A stretch of DNA of 63,693 bases, the filler included, from Phoronis australis (Eukaryota > Animalia > Phoronida), in assembly GCA_002633005.1 (NCBI GenBank). It is 11 parts of 11 records of this genome, joined end to end, with 100 filler letters (N's around TTAATTAATTAA, not from the genome) between each part and the next. Parts side by side here need not be neighbours in the genome. Positions count along the whole stretch, not along the records: positions 4,482 to 14,098 come from NMRA01001799.1; positions 14,199 to 16,666 come from NMRA01000273.1; positions 16,767 to 22,298 come from NMRA01002320.1; positions 22,399 to 24,536 come from NMRA01002377.1; positions 24,637 to 28,515 come from NMRA01002794.1; 6 more parts are not named here. One strand, given 5' to 3'. Both the position numbers and the translations under genes were made by a program. A model generated the notes under the pieces. It had not been told where the DNA came from and ran no database searches. It was given only the letters and a program-made list of their open reading frames with translations. Positions 12,458 to 24,645 of this stretch are shown in pieces (positions within the stretch are counted from its first letter, which is position 1; every line of letters starts with the position of its first letter).

Positions 12458-13510
12458 CATTACAGCGTTTTCCCGTTGCTCCCATGTTGTTGGATTCTAC
12501 AGCCCAACAACAAGTTGGGAAGATCACCCCTGTAGCCATATCTTACACGACTGGTTAATTCCATTCTGGAGTTTATGGTTGGAGGGCCAGCTCTCTCTTG
12601 TTCGATAACAGCTCTAATCTTCAATAAGATCGTATCTAGCCTGACTGGGCTGTGCTGTAACGGTTAAGTTATAACAGATTCGAACATAAACCAATAGCAT
12701 TACTGAAATCCTCGTCAAATGGTGATCATGTTTAGTTTTTGAATCACCAAAATCTCCCAACTGCAACCGAAGTTACAATAATCTATTCTTTCCGAATGTA
12801 CCAATTCACTCTGGGTTTGACGGTGTTCACACGTGGTCTTTAATAAGCCTGGTAGGTAATTGGCGTGCCCGTTGTCATAACAGACAAAAGACTGTGCTTG
12901 GCAGTTAACAAAGAAGCTACATGTTATCACACGCTCAGAACCCCCTTCTTCTGGTAAAATCACTGAACGGGAACATGACACCGTTTTCCCGTTCAGTGTC
13001 TTTACCATACGTAGGGGGTTCTGAGCGTGTGATAACATCTAGATTTTTTGTTAACTGCCAAGCACAAACTTTTGTCTTTTACAACAACAGGCAGGCCAAT
13101 TATCTACCAGGATTATTACAGACCACGTGTGAACACAGTCAAACTTAGAGTGAATTGGTGTATTCGTAAAGAATTTTGTCGTAACTTCAGTTGCAGTTGG
13201 GAGATTTTTGCGATTCAACTAGATCACCATTTGACGAAGATTTCAGAAATGCTATTGGTTTGTGTTCAAATATGTTATACCTTAACTTTTAACAGCACAA
13301 CCCACTCAGGGTAGATAGGATCTTATTGGAGATTAGAGCAATTATCGAACAAAAGAAAGCTAGCCCTCCAACCATCAATGCCAGAATGGAGTTAATCAGT
13401 CGTGTAAGATATTGGTTACGGGGATAAACTTCCCAACTTGTTGTTGGGCTCAGCTAGAATCGAACAAGTTGGGAGCAACGGGAAAACGCCGTAATGAAAA
13501 CGCTGTCATG
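12458..13510. mobile_element. ~520-bp non-autonomous DNA transposon: copy A (minus) with copy B (plus, 12974-13496) inserted in its terminal repeat
   Basis: TIR CAT(G/T)ACAGCGTTTTCCCGTT. The long arms are reverse complements. The remaining tip of copy A (AAAACGCTGTCATG) lies at 13497-13510. Confidence 0.85.
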
Positions 13511-14198
13511 GACTTCATGAGTGAGTACGGTTTTATAATCTCTATGGAATTTAGTTGGTTACACCAACTAAATTCTACCATTCCTTGCTGTAAATAGTCG
13601 AATTTTGTCGATGTTTGCGCAATTTCTGTCTTAATGACTATTGCGCAAGCATTCTGACGCAGAATACAATTATTATTCTACTTTGTTCTTACTCATGACA
13701 TCAAAATTACATGTCATGCTTTAGCATTGCAAAAACGGCCATTTGCAGGTATAGGTGTCTGAACGAAAGACTGCTCGAGAAAAAGGCTGATTGCTAACGT
13801 ATTTGGCCGTGTTAGGAAGAGTTAAAGACACCAACGACCTCTTGAGGTGTCCCTCGATCTATGCGGCAAAAGTACCACAACACGACTTTTATGATTTAAT
13901 CCGTTGTGTGCAGGAAGAGATAACCAGTCCTGGTGTGAGGCATAATGAGCCGAAAAACGCCCCAGTATGGCGGCTATGGCATGATCACCGTCTCACCTAG
14001 ACTGCTTCAGGCGGCGGTACCAATTTGTCTCATTAGGTTGTACTGTCTGACACAAAACATAAACCAAAACCATTAGAATTAGGTAACGCCACCTTTCGNN
14101 NNNNNNNNNNNNNNNNNNNNNNNNNNNNNNNNNNNNNNNNNNTTAATTAATTAANNNNNNNNNNNNNNNNNNNNNNNNNNNNNNNNNNNNNNNNNNNN

Positions 14199-14490
14199 AG
14201 TACACTTTAGGTCTCGCGAGGGACCAGGCCAGCTTGATTTGTGTAGATAGTGAGTTTCAGTGTACTTCTGGTTCCTCGGCGAACTAGTCTTAAGATGTTT
14301 TTTTACCAAAGTGTGCTTTGTAAAACTATCTATCTCAGCCAGTACTGTTTGGTCCCGCCACAGATCAACTATGTTTATAGGGATAATAAGCACAGGTGTA
14401 CTTTTGGTCTCGTGACGGACCAGGCCTTTTTGTGTACTCTCAGTGTACATCTGGTCCCTCTGCGAACTGGTCCTGTTTATATTTTCACCA
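14199..14490. repeat. Degenerate ~195-bp tandem repeat at contig edge
   Basis: GGTCTCGYGASGGACCAGGCC..CAGTGTACWTCTGGTYCCTC.GCGAACTRGTC occurs at ~14210 and ~14406. Confidence 0.5.
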
Positions 14491-14839
14491 AGATGTACAG
14501 AATGTTTTGGTTTCTTGAAACTGTTTTCAGCTGATTCGTTTCCGGATACATTTGACGTTTTTCAATTGTGGTCAACGTGATTCAGCTTAATGAAGTGATA
14601 CCTAATAAGTTATTGTCGCTTTTAATAATATACTATGAGCTGAGAGCACCATCGTTTGCCAGTTTTTCCTCATAATTAGACAGAACACATGTTTATTTCC
14701 AGACTAACAGTACAGGTCTTCGTTCTTAAACAACTTGAGGCTGCAACACTAGTTTAAATATGACAACCTATTCGCAGCGCTAACTTTGTCCTTTGTGCTC
14801 AATATTTTGTTTCCACCTCAACCGCACTTAGATTTCCCT

Positions 14840-15855
14840 GCAGGTCTCACTAATCGGCGTGCAGATAGCTGCGTCGGTTACGGGTTAAGTTTCGTATGCC
14901 TTGTGTAAAATGCCTTTGTCTTCAAATGACGGTCCGTAGCGAGTTCCGTGACAATTGGCCGATAAGTTTCCCCTTCTGTTTCACTTTACTCGTATTTCTC
15001 TGGCTTGAATATACACGGCGCTAATCCATCCAAACGTTGTTCCTACATTTTCAACTTCCATTTCGCAGTACTTTTCATTGAACGTCCGTCCATTGCAAGG
15101 TATTAGGCCTTTACTTTTCTAACCCAAGTGCGAAAAGTCTCGGGTCATTCTTTTTCATCGTACTGCGAGTGAGCTTTTCGCTTCGTTAAGATGTGTAACG
15201 CCGACTTACTCCCCGACATAATCCCGTAATTATCACGGAGAGACTACAAAAAAATTTAATTCTCCGGTACACGCATTCCGCCAGGATGTCGCCGTGGGTC
15301 CGACAAATCTCCATTCATTGCAAACCTGTCCCCCAATGCACGCAGGGACCCTGTTTGTTAAATCTGTTCGTTAAACCCGGACGTCTTTGTGAATAAGTAT
15401 TTGATGTTATACTGAGCAAGTGGTCCCCACCGAGAACGCGCTACTGTCTTTGGCGACGCTAAACTATCAAGGGACAGTGAGTTGTAGGATATTATATGCA
15501 CGTGGAAGTGTCGAGATAAGTGTCGTATAGTATTTGAGCTTTGTTGTCTCTAACAGTTTTAATTTTGAAAATCTGTGACTTGAAATATGCACCAGACACC
15601 GTAAGGTAAGCTTCCTGTGGCAACGGACTGTTCGATAGGTATTGGGTATCAACGACGACGTCATTTGCGTCGATTAGAACGAGCGCCACCTAAAGTTTTT
15701 TTTCGGCGCTAAATGGGGTTCATGATGGGGTCGTACGATAGTAATTGGCGTAATTAGCTAATGACAGGAGTAAAGGGAGGGATGATATGTTTGTTTCGAT
15801 CAATGATACAGATATTTAACATGTTCAAAAGTCATTTGGCCGTTATGTAGGGTCT
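14840..15855 (-). mobile_element. Probable Kolobok-like element end
   Basis: Ends GGGTCT|TTAA (TTAA at 15856-15859). Minus-strand subterminal TGTATCATTGATCGA resembles that of the 44453-46380 element. A decayed GLAPCIFKPE (PY.FEP-like) motif lies near 15000-15030. Left boundary uncertain. Confidence 0.35.
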
Positions 15856-16766
15856 TTAAAGATATGTTCGTAATGATTTTCTCAAACCAAAAAAAATATG
15901 TGAATGATGGATAAAATCGTGCATCTTACCAAATCATAAGATTTCCGTTATTGTCAAGACAAGAGCAACGCGGAGCATTGAAATATGACAACGACTACAC
16001 CGCAAATGGAACTGGCTTCTAGGGGTATTGAATTAGTATCTTATAATGGTCATTGGACGGCGCAGTGTTCGTCGAAGCCGTTCAAAATGGAAAAGCGTCA
16101 TCTTCTCCAGAATAAAAAACTTATTGCTAAATTTCATGAAGAATCGTCAAAAAATCCGAATATTACAGATAAGCGAATGTGAAAAATTGCCTTGAGACGA
16201 AGTGTAAGTCCCGGCGATCTGTCCAATTGTTGTCAATTTAATAGAAATACACTTGCCTGACTTCCACACACATGTCAATTTTCATAATGATCCCCTTAGC
16301 GGTTTGGCCTAAACATATGAAATGTGCAAACATTTACCTATGTGAATCTATTCTAATCACAAAGCTTCAAACACACATTTGCACAAATGTCCCGCTTAAT
16401 TGTATTGTTGTATCGTGCGTGAGTCCTGAGGGAAAAAATATTTAAGAGCTCAATTATACACTTGCAGGGAGAATACCTAGTCTAATGTAACTACGATACT
16501 TTTGTTGCTATTGTCACAAATTTGCCCCGACCTAAGGGGGTCACATTTTTACACGGCAATAGCGCTGTTAATGCATGGACTTGTTCTAATAAGTTTGTCA
16601 ATTCAATGGTATTCTATTACATCATAGTCCAGTGGCGGATCTAGGATATCTTAAGGGGGCAACATTNNNNNNNNNNNNNNNNNNNNNNNNNNNNNNNNNN
16701 NNNNNNNNNNTTAATTAATTAANNNNNNNNNNNNNNNNNNNNNNNNNNNNNNNNNNNNNNNNNNNN

Positions 16767-16970
16767 CACTGCAGTATTAGTTACAGACAATGTGGCAAAA
16801 TAGAAATACGATGGTTTAGAAGCCATGCCCTTGCACAACACAAGAAGAGAGCACATGTTTCCAATTACAGACACCAGAGGGATGAAAAGGAATGTCACAA
16901 GGTCTGTGGCAATGGAGCCATCCTCTTCTTGCTCGTGAGATGTCGCTAATGAGGTAGTCTTGTTTTCCAT
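16767..16970 (-). CDS. Class A (rhodopsin-like, peptide-receptor type) GPCR, N-terminus to TM2, truncated by gap
   Basis: MENKT (N-glycosylation sequon), TM1 LVTFLFIPLVSVIGN with conserved GN, then PSYFYFATLSVTN in the TM2 LAxxD position. Confidence 0.75.
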
Positions 16971-19043
16971 TATTCGCCCTTGCAGTGTTACGAGTGTCCA
17001 GAAATAATGACGGTTTAGGTTATCACCCAGTCGTGAAAGTCGAAACCAGGAGTATGCTCTTTAATACTGTTAACTGTAACATCTGAAAACGTAGTTGGAA
17101 CAGCGAATGTGTAGATTTGCTAAAATTTATTAACATATAATTTCCTGTGCTAGACAGGGTTGTTCCAAAACAACTTTGGGGTATCCACTGTACATGCATA
17201 AAACGTCTGAAACTGAAAATTAAAAGGAAGTGTTTCAAGTTTATGAAACAGCCTGAATTAAAATACGTGCTATTCTGACCAAAAGTACAGAATTCGTAAG
17301 ATGAGTGACTGCCGTAACCAAAATTTCGTATTTTTGATATCAAATTATTGACTTTACGTTTTAGCGCACCCTGTCTGAGCAAAATCGATTGCAATTGGAG
17401 TAAGTTGGAAATTTTATTGTACTAAGTTCGCTTTGTCATATCGTGTAATGGAACAGTTGACGGAATTGGACACTTGACATTTACGCTGAAGAAAACCAAT
17501 AGTTGGTTTCCGTTCACATACTTGCGTCCAAACTAAACGCGTAACATGTGTCTGGCAATATTTCTGGAAACGTTCGAATGGGCATAAAACCATTAAACCT
17601 AATTTTGGCCAAAAATTTGCATATCAAAACGTCACCGTCAGTTGAGTTCGCGAAATCCACTTGTATTTGTAGTAGGTCGTTGGGTATTGTGTAGTCTCCT
17701 GTTTTTCCTTGGAGGTGTTTCAGTCTGTGCACATAGCTTCAATCGCAAGAGCAAAAGTATTTAGTTAAGACTGAGACGCATCATTGACGGATTTAGGATA
17801 CCATAAGGGTGACCCAACATTCTGTCTCGGGCAATTGCGCAAAGCACGATTGCATGCGCGCACCCAGCTTAAAATGTAGGGGTGTTCGAATTTCTGGGAA
17901 TGTGGACCCTTTACTAAAATACGAGCGGAGGACTAAAAGAGGGGAGAACGCTTGCTAAGTTTTATCGAAGCCGCATGTTCTTTACCAGGGTTAGGGTTAA
18001 TAAACTCAATATTTCCTCACGCTCTTGCTGTTTTATTTTTTTGGCGGCAACCAAGGGGGGCCCTGCCCCCGGCCCCACCCCCCCAAATCCGCCTATGCGT
18101 ATAGCTTGAGCCTAGACGTCATTCTCAGACCTTACTCTGCCTCCTGATGTACCATTGTTTTTGCCTCTCTGCCACGGGGTCTCTGTTCGGCTCATTCGAC
18201 GGTATTCTCCATTTTGAGAGTCACGTGACATGATGTTACGATTGAGAAGTTGGAACATACGTAGACTACTACCTAACACGCGTCTAGACGGTTCCGGTCT
18301 ATTTTGGCTCATGATTGGCTACAGAATTGACATCAAGTAAAGTAGCAATGTTTTAATTAGCAGTATTTTTACGTTTGCCTCTATCTTTTGTAGTTCGTAG
18401 ATGAATTTTCGTGAAATTTGGCAGATAGGTTTCTAATGAGGACGCAACAATGCCTTTCCGTTTTCTGACGGATTCGTTGTAAGTTTCGCCACCTTATGGA
18501 TATTTTTATTATTTCGAGTCGGCTTTTGGCGTCCGCCTCTCTATCCGCCAAACTGCTCTGAGGATCTTTCTATCTTTCTAAAACTTAGCGATTGTGTTCC
18601 TGATGACAAGACCATGGCTGAATGATTTTCGGATGGGTTTGACAACTGTAGCGTACCCTAGTAGTGATTTTGTATTTTTTGCGGCCACGGCTGTAGCTCC
18701 TGATTCCTGTACAAGATCTTTTTGACCCTGCTTCAGATTGATTGGACCTACATTGCGTCCCCAAGTGACCTCTCTGTTCTTTTTGTGTCATTTATCGTCT
18801 GATTCCCTATCCTCCCGTTTTCTTGAAGAATAACTGTGAAAGGTGGCAGGCGTGTTCCTATTCAGGAAACCACTTCTGACTTGATTTGCAACCCCTAGAG
18901 ACCATTATTTAGTTTACTAGTATTTTTGGTATAGTGTGAATGTCTAAAGTAATGATCATCTCTTGTGTCTGCGCTGTATACCGCGAACACGGAATTTGCA
19001 TCCCTCTCCACTTTCGTCGAAAGGTACCTACTGTACCGAGGTG

Positions 19044-21004
19044 TTATTTTTGGCTTAAAATCCGCTTCATTCTAATGAGTCTGTTGAATTTTGTAACATT
19101 GGGGTTGTTGTAGCTCCATGCAGGCAAATATCGTTTCCTTAGGTCATCGTAGAATGGGCATTCGATAACAAAATGATATTCTGACTCGACATATGTCCTA
19201 ACACAGANNNNNNNNNNNNNNNNNNNNNNNNNNNNNNNNNNNNNNNNNNNNNNNNNNNNNNNNNNNNNNNNNNNNNNNNNNNNNNNNNNNNNNNNNNNNN
19301 NNNNNNNNNNNNNNNNNNNNNNNNNNNNNNNNNNNNNNNNNNNNNNNNNNNNNNNNNNNNNNNNNNNNNNNNNNNNNNNNNNNNNNNNNNNNNNNNNNNN
19401 NNNNNNNNNNNNNNNNNNNNNNNNNNNNNNNNNNNNNNNNNNNNNNNNNNNNNNNNNNNNNNNNNNNNNNNNNNNNNNNNNNNNNNNNNNNNNNNNNNNN
19501 NNNNNNNNNNNNNNNNNNNNNNNNNNNNNNNNNNNNNNNNNNNNNNNNNNNNNNNNNNNNNNNNNNNNNNNNNNNNNNNNNNNNNNNNNNNNNNNNNNNN
19601 NNNNNNNNNNNNNNNNNNNNNNNNNNNNNNNNNNNNNNNNNNNNNNNNNNNNNNNNNNNNNNNNNNNNNNNNNNNNNNNNNNNNNNNNNNNNNNNNNNNN
19701 NNNNNNNNNNNNNNNNNNNNNNNNNNNNNNNNNNNNNNNNNNNNNNNNNNNNNNNNNNNNNNNNNNNNNNNNNNNNNNNNNNNNNNNNNNNNNNNNAGCA
19801 ATGATATGTAATTTTTGACTCATCGGTTTTTAATAGTTTTAACCAATATTTCATAATTCTAGGAAGTCGGTAAGCAATCAAGGAGTAACGACCCATCTCA
19901 CCTCTAGCAGTCGATGAAATTGCCGTGCTAGGCAAATTTAAAATTTCTTTACAAAATTTTGTGTGGACTATTTCAATACATTCGTAATCACTAAAACCCC
20001 AGATCTCACAGCCATAATGAAGTATTGGCAATGTTTTACAATCGAATAATTTTAAACTAACTTTAACAGGGAGTGCAATAAAACCATTGACATTTTCCTC
20101 ATTAAATTCACTGCCTTAGTAGCCTGTAATGATAGAGTTTTCTGTGCGCAAGACCACGAACCTTTCGTAGTAAACATTAATCCTGGATATTTGTATGCAT
20201 TTACAATATTAACAGTATTCCCATCATACGTCCATTTTTCATACGATCGTAACATTCCACCTTTCCTGAAAACAATTATTTATCTTAGTCTTCGACATGT
20301 TAACAATCAATTTCCATTTCTGACTATACTCATATAAAATGTTCAATTTTTTCTGCAGTCCTTTCACATTATAAGAAAATAAAACCAAATCATCAGCAAA
20401 CAGCAGATGCAATAATTCAGCTGATCCCATGGAAATTTTTTCACCGCCACCGGATTCTAATTCTTGTTCGAATAAAATAAACAAAAACGGTGATAGCTGA
20501 GAGCCTTGTTTTAGACCATTATGACAATCAAAGAACTCCGTGTAGCTTCCGTTACTCAGTCTCACGCACGCTTTTACTTCAGCGTACATTGCTTTGATTA
20601 TCTTACCTTCTATGTGATTGTTCTTTAATTTAAAATACAATGCGCTTCTATGTATACTGTCATAGGCTGCCTTAAAATCTACGAAGGCACAATAAAATCT
20701 ACCTTTCTCTCGTGTCAAATATTTAATTATTAACGTGTATAAAGCAAACATGTGATCCACCGTACTGTGCCCTTTCCTAAACGCAGCTTGAGACATACTA
20801 ATTACGTTTTCTCTTTCCGACCATTTTTGAAGTCGCTGGCACAATATTTTTTCGAATATTTTGGCTGTGACTTGCATGAGGGATATTCCTCTGAAATTTT
20901 CAGGAATTTTGGTACCGCCCTTAAATATCGGTACTATAATGGATTTTGTCCATTCTTTTGGAAACACACCAGAGCTCAATATAACTTTAAGTAAATTATT
21001 CTCA
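19044..21004 (-). mobile_element. 5'-truncated, frameshifted non-LTR retrotransposon (RTE-X-like) RT and C-terminal region; gap at 19208-19796
   Basis: IVPIFKGG, NFRGISL, QAAFRKG, YCAFVDFKAAYDS, GLKQGSQLSPFLF, LLFADDLV, PILHYGCEIWG and C-terminal ESEYHFVIECPFY, spread over several frames. Confidence 0.9.
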
Positions 21005-21141
21005 TACCGCATAGCCCCGCAATTGAGCACATGCGCCCAGAGCTGCGCATTATTGCGGAACTTAAACGTATGCGCATATAAGCGGTACATTTGATCGTTC
21101 CGCACATAGGCGCATGCGCTTAGTTGGGGGATTATACGGTA
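21005..21141. mobile_element. Small TACCG-terminal MITE at the 5' end of the LINE
   Basis: ~33-bp imperfect TIR TACCGCATAGCCCCGCAATTGAGCACATGCGCC / GGCGCATGCGCTTAGTTGGGGGATTATACGGTA. Confidence 0.7.
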
Positions 21142-22586
21142 ACAGTAAATGTAACTTACTGTGCATTTGGCAATTTTAAAATATTTTTCTCACTGTTCTA
21201 GGAATTCAAGCGAACCAGTTAAATACCATGCAGTTCCAATAAGTACTAAGTAAAATAAGAACATTGTATCTTCAGCATTTAAAATCACGCTCCAGTGCAC
21301 TTTTAATCTAACGCTCTAGTGCGAGTAGTATTTTAGAACAAACCATACTGGGCTTAAGGTTGGCTGGGGTGTTTTCTGATATTTCCTGTAAGAATGTTGT
21401 AATTTAGCTATATGTACACGAAAACATGGCCACAGGGCCTCCCAGAAGCGCCATCTATCATAAAAACATCATTTATCAGTCATTGCAGTGGCACATGTGA
21501 TCTACCCGCTCTTCATTGATTGTACGAAAAAGTCACTCGGTCATATCTTATCTTGAATGTCAATCTTTTAAATATGGCCTTCAAATATTTTACGAGCTAG
21601 CCAGATAATATCATACTGTACACCTTGCAGGGTCACGGGCTCAAAGTGTGGATTCGGTCATGAAGAAATGTGTTCAATTTAGATTGTTAGCAGGGTGCTT
21701 CATAGCGTCTGCAGCATTTCTTATTAATTATGCCAGACACCTTTTAGCAGAAGATCCTTTCTACTGGACGCTAGCTTGTAAGTCACAATTTACCACATTA
21801 CAGTGAGTTACGTATTAGTATGTGAGTAAATTCGCAAGGTCTCAGCTGGTTCACTGATAATCTTAGCTGCGTGAAATTTTTGCGAGTTTTACGAGATCAC
21901 GCAAGATTGTACGAGATGTCGCTATTCATTTTGAATCAATCACGTGATCTCACTAGCTTTCCCCGGTGGGTATATCGCGTTGTGTCGGATGGACTCTCTC
22001 TGGACATAACCATTGTGAGGCCATCTTTACCGCTGTAATACTTGCAGTACATGCATTGTACGTCGTCAGCCTTCTTTATTAGAATCGTTGCTGTTTCAAA
22101 CTGAACATTCACTTACTCCAGTGTCTTAAATTTTTTGTTGTATTCAAGGTCTACCAATTTTCCTGGCATTGTTGGCTTCTTGGATTTGCTTGGACATTGC
22201 AAGAAGGCGTCCAAGTGAGCTTAGAACCACTTTCGAACTAATTGCCATTTGGGGACTGTTTGCATTGTTCTCGTTATCTAAATGGCTCATTTCCTACCNN
22301 NNNNNNNNNNNNNNNNNNNNNNNNNNNNNNNNNNNNNNNNNNTTAATTAATTAANNNNNNNNNNNNNNNNNNNNNNNNNNNNNNNNNNNNNNNNNNNNCG
22401 CCTATGTAAATAGGTAAATAAAACAACAAGAATGGATCAACTGAAATTTTCGGATATACATGTAATAACGTCCTATGTCAACAGAAACAGAAATAAAGTA
22501 AAATCAAACATTATATGACAATTGACATTTAAGATGTGGCGTAATGAATATGATACATTTTTGCGTAAAAAATTCAATGATATAAT

Positions 22587-22751
22587 TTAAGAAGATTTTA
22601 TGTTTAATCCATGAGGTTCTAGTGTATTCATGAACGTGTCTATCCAATATTGTTCTCTTTTGACTAGTCTGTGAGGGGTACTGGGGCCGTGTTGGAGTTT
22701 TTCTATTATTTGTACAAAAAGATCTTGAATATTATGGTTTTTGGAATTGAA
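22587..22751 (-). pseudogene. GIY-YIG endonuclease C-terminal fragment (Penelope-like element)
   Basis: Hand translation FNSKNHNIQDLFVQIIEKL..RLVKREQYWIDTFMNTLEPHGLN..* matches the RE..WI....TL.P.GLN motif; not in the ORF track. Confidence 0.8.
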
Positions 22752-22915
22752 AACCTTAAAAAACTTATTTACTTATATGTGAAAAATGAACCCAGTTCAC
22801 ATTAAATTTAGACCCCGAAGCGACCCGGCGGGCTCATATTAAAGTGATACACCGGTGCCCCACTCGAGACTTATCTTGCTGTGCGTGAACTTAATCTTTA
22901 TTGCTTAATCTCATG

Positions 22916-23250
22916 ATCGCGTATGCGTGAACTTAGAATAGATGAGAAAACTTGACAAGTTCGTTCAAATAATCACGTTCACGTGGACAAAAATTTGCAC
23001 TGAACTAAAGCAAATTATATGTTAATAAAATGACGTAATGTTGAAATTCAACTAATCTTTTTCAGCTTATTGGCGATGGCAATAATTGTTTTAACCAATC
23101 ACAAATTCCTTCGATTCTTTGACACAAGTTATGGTAAAGGAGAAAATGAGTGATCTTATGACCTTATAATTACAAAAATTCTTTACACTGAACAAAAAAT
23201 TTACCTGATTGCCCAAATATATGTCACTTCAAAGTTCACGCATACGCGAT
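22916..23250. mobile_element. MITE-like element with perfect 19-bp inverted repeats
   Basis: ATCGCGTATGCGTGAACTT (22916-22934) / AAGTTCACGCATACGCGAT (23232-23250); AT-rich interior. Confidence 0.65.
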
Positions 23251-23280
23251 TCAAGCACAACAATCCACGGCAAACTGCTA

Positions 23281-23339
23281 ACTTCCTGTATCGCGTAGTC
23301 GACGCCAGGTGTCACTTCTCCTAACTCGACCAACATGGC
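23281..23339 (+). promoter_or_regulatory. Housekeeping-type proximal promoter / 5' UTR motifs
   Basis: ETS-like ACTTCCTG at 23281; YY1-like AACATGGC overlapping the ATG; CpG-rich. Confidence 0.4.
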
Positions 23340-23458
23340 TTCCACGTTACAGAGCGAAGCTTTGAATTTTATAAAACTCACCAAAGATGGTCTGCAGAAC
23401 GGCGATCCTGTTGTTCTTGGAGCATTTATTGCATTAATTGCTATATTCATTACCACAC
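23335..23458 (+). CDS. SRPRB: Signal recognition particle receptor subunit beta, first coding exon
   Basis: MASTLQSEALNFIKLTKDGLQNGDPVVLGAFIALIAIFITT then a GTAAGT donor (phase 1). It resembles the vertebrate SRPRB N-terminal ..LQQTDPTLLSVVVAVLAVLLTL signal anchor. GTPase exons not seen. Confidence 0.65.
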
Positions 23459-23681
23459 GTAAGTCTTGGGTTACGATTTCCTAGAAATTTACTTACAAAC
23501 TAGAAAATTACCGGTGTTGTCGGTCAGAATTGTGTCTTTCCATTCCATCCATCCATATGGGCATATGGCAGGACGACTGACACCCACAGAAGTATTTGGA
23601 ATATTTTATTTTGTCCTGTTTGTCCAAGACTCCAAAAATACAGCTCCGATGATGCAAGGCTATGTTCGAAAACTGTGGTTT

Positions 23682-23800
23682 CAGGGCTCGACGCTATTAA
23701 AATCGCCAGGTCGTATTTTGCGACCTAGCCAAAATCCCAGGTCGCATTTTCAAAATCCAGCTCGCATTCGTAAATGCCAGGTCGCAAAATTTTCCCGCCA
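23682..23800. mobile_element. hAT-like MITE end (CAGGGCTCGAC family); second copy at ~55470-55600
   Basis: CAGGGCTCGAC terminus followed by repeated GGTCGCA/TGCGACC motifs in both copies. Confidence 0.5.
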
Positions 23801-24645
23801 TTTTTACGCGCCAAAATAGATTTTTTAGATCATCTAGAAAATGTTTAGATTATGCTCNTTATCTGCAGCGTCAAATACTCACAAATTTCGGATCTCAAAA
23901 TTGACTTCATTCATGCAGGTACGGCCTTACTTTTCTTCACGACCGCCATTGAAAGACTCTAGAGCGCAAGGCAAGTTGCCGGCGTGAAAGTTGAATCAGT
24001 GCTCTCTAACTGACTTGTGCATTCGAGTAGCTAAATTTGCGATGTGAAAAGGGAGAAAATGCCCGTTGACAAAAAAGTATCCGGGATTTTGTTAGATCTG
24101 GTCTGCTACTGGCCGTCATCAAAGTCGTTAACGATTCAAACTCGGATAATCGCGAGTTTGCTCTTCAATACTCTCCACTAAGTAAGGGAAAAATAGGTCA
24201 GTCGCAAAACGACACGCACGTCACTAGTGTTAACTTTCTTTCCGAGGTATAAAACAAAGCCGGGATTTGGTTTTTACATATTGGGAAAAGACGTTTTTGA
24301 AAACTTAAGTTGTGTAAAATGAAAGTGACACACACCATATAAGCTGCGCGTCAATTTTAAACCACACGCGGTCGTTTGTAGTGCGCAATGATGGGCACCA
24401 GCTTGAACTGTGGGCGCTTAATTGGAAATTCTCAAAATTTAAGGGGGGACTTATAGATCGGTGAGCGCTTATTATGGAACACTTTAAAGGTAGGGAGTAG
24501 GCTTGTGCGTGAGCATAGTCGTTAACCTCAGTGTTTNNNNNNNNNNNNNNNNNNNNNNNNNNNNNNNNNNNNNNNNNNNNTTAATTAATTAANNNNNNNN
24601 NNNNNNNNNNNNNNNNNNNNNNNNNNNNNNNNNNNNATTTCTCAG

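Noticed and set aside
12715-13314. Paralogous small ORFs (MLSHAQNPL.., MLTAKH..), also at 26639-27088
   Set aside because: Chance frames in copies of the same non-coding element; stops are not conserved.
19044-20031. Long ORFs of 220-277 aa
   Set aside because: Lengths are inflated by the N gap; the real parts belong to the LINE.
22140-22260. LINE C-terminal remnant on the minus strand (AHLDAFLQ..PTMPG)
   Set aside because: Too short and stop-riddled to call with confidence.
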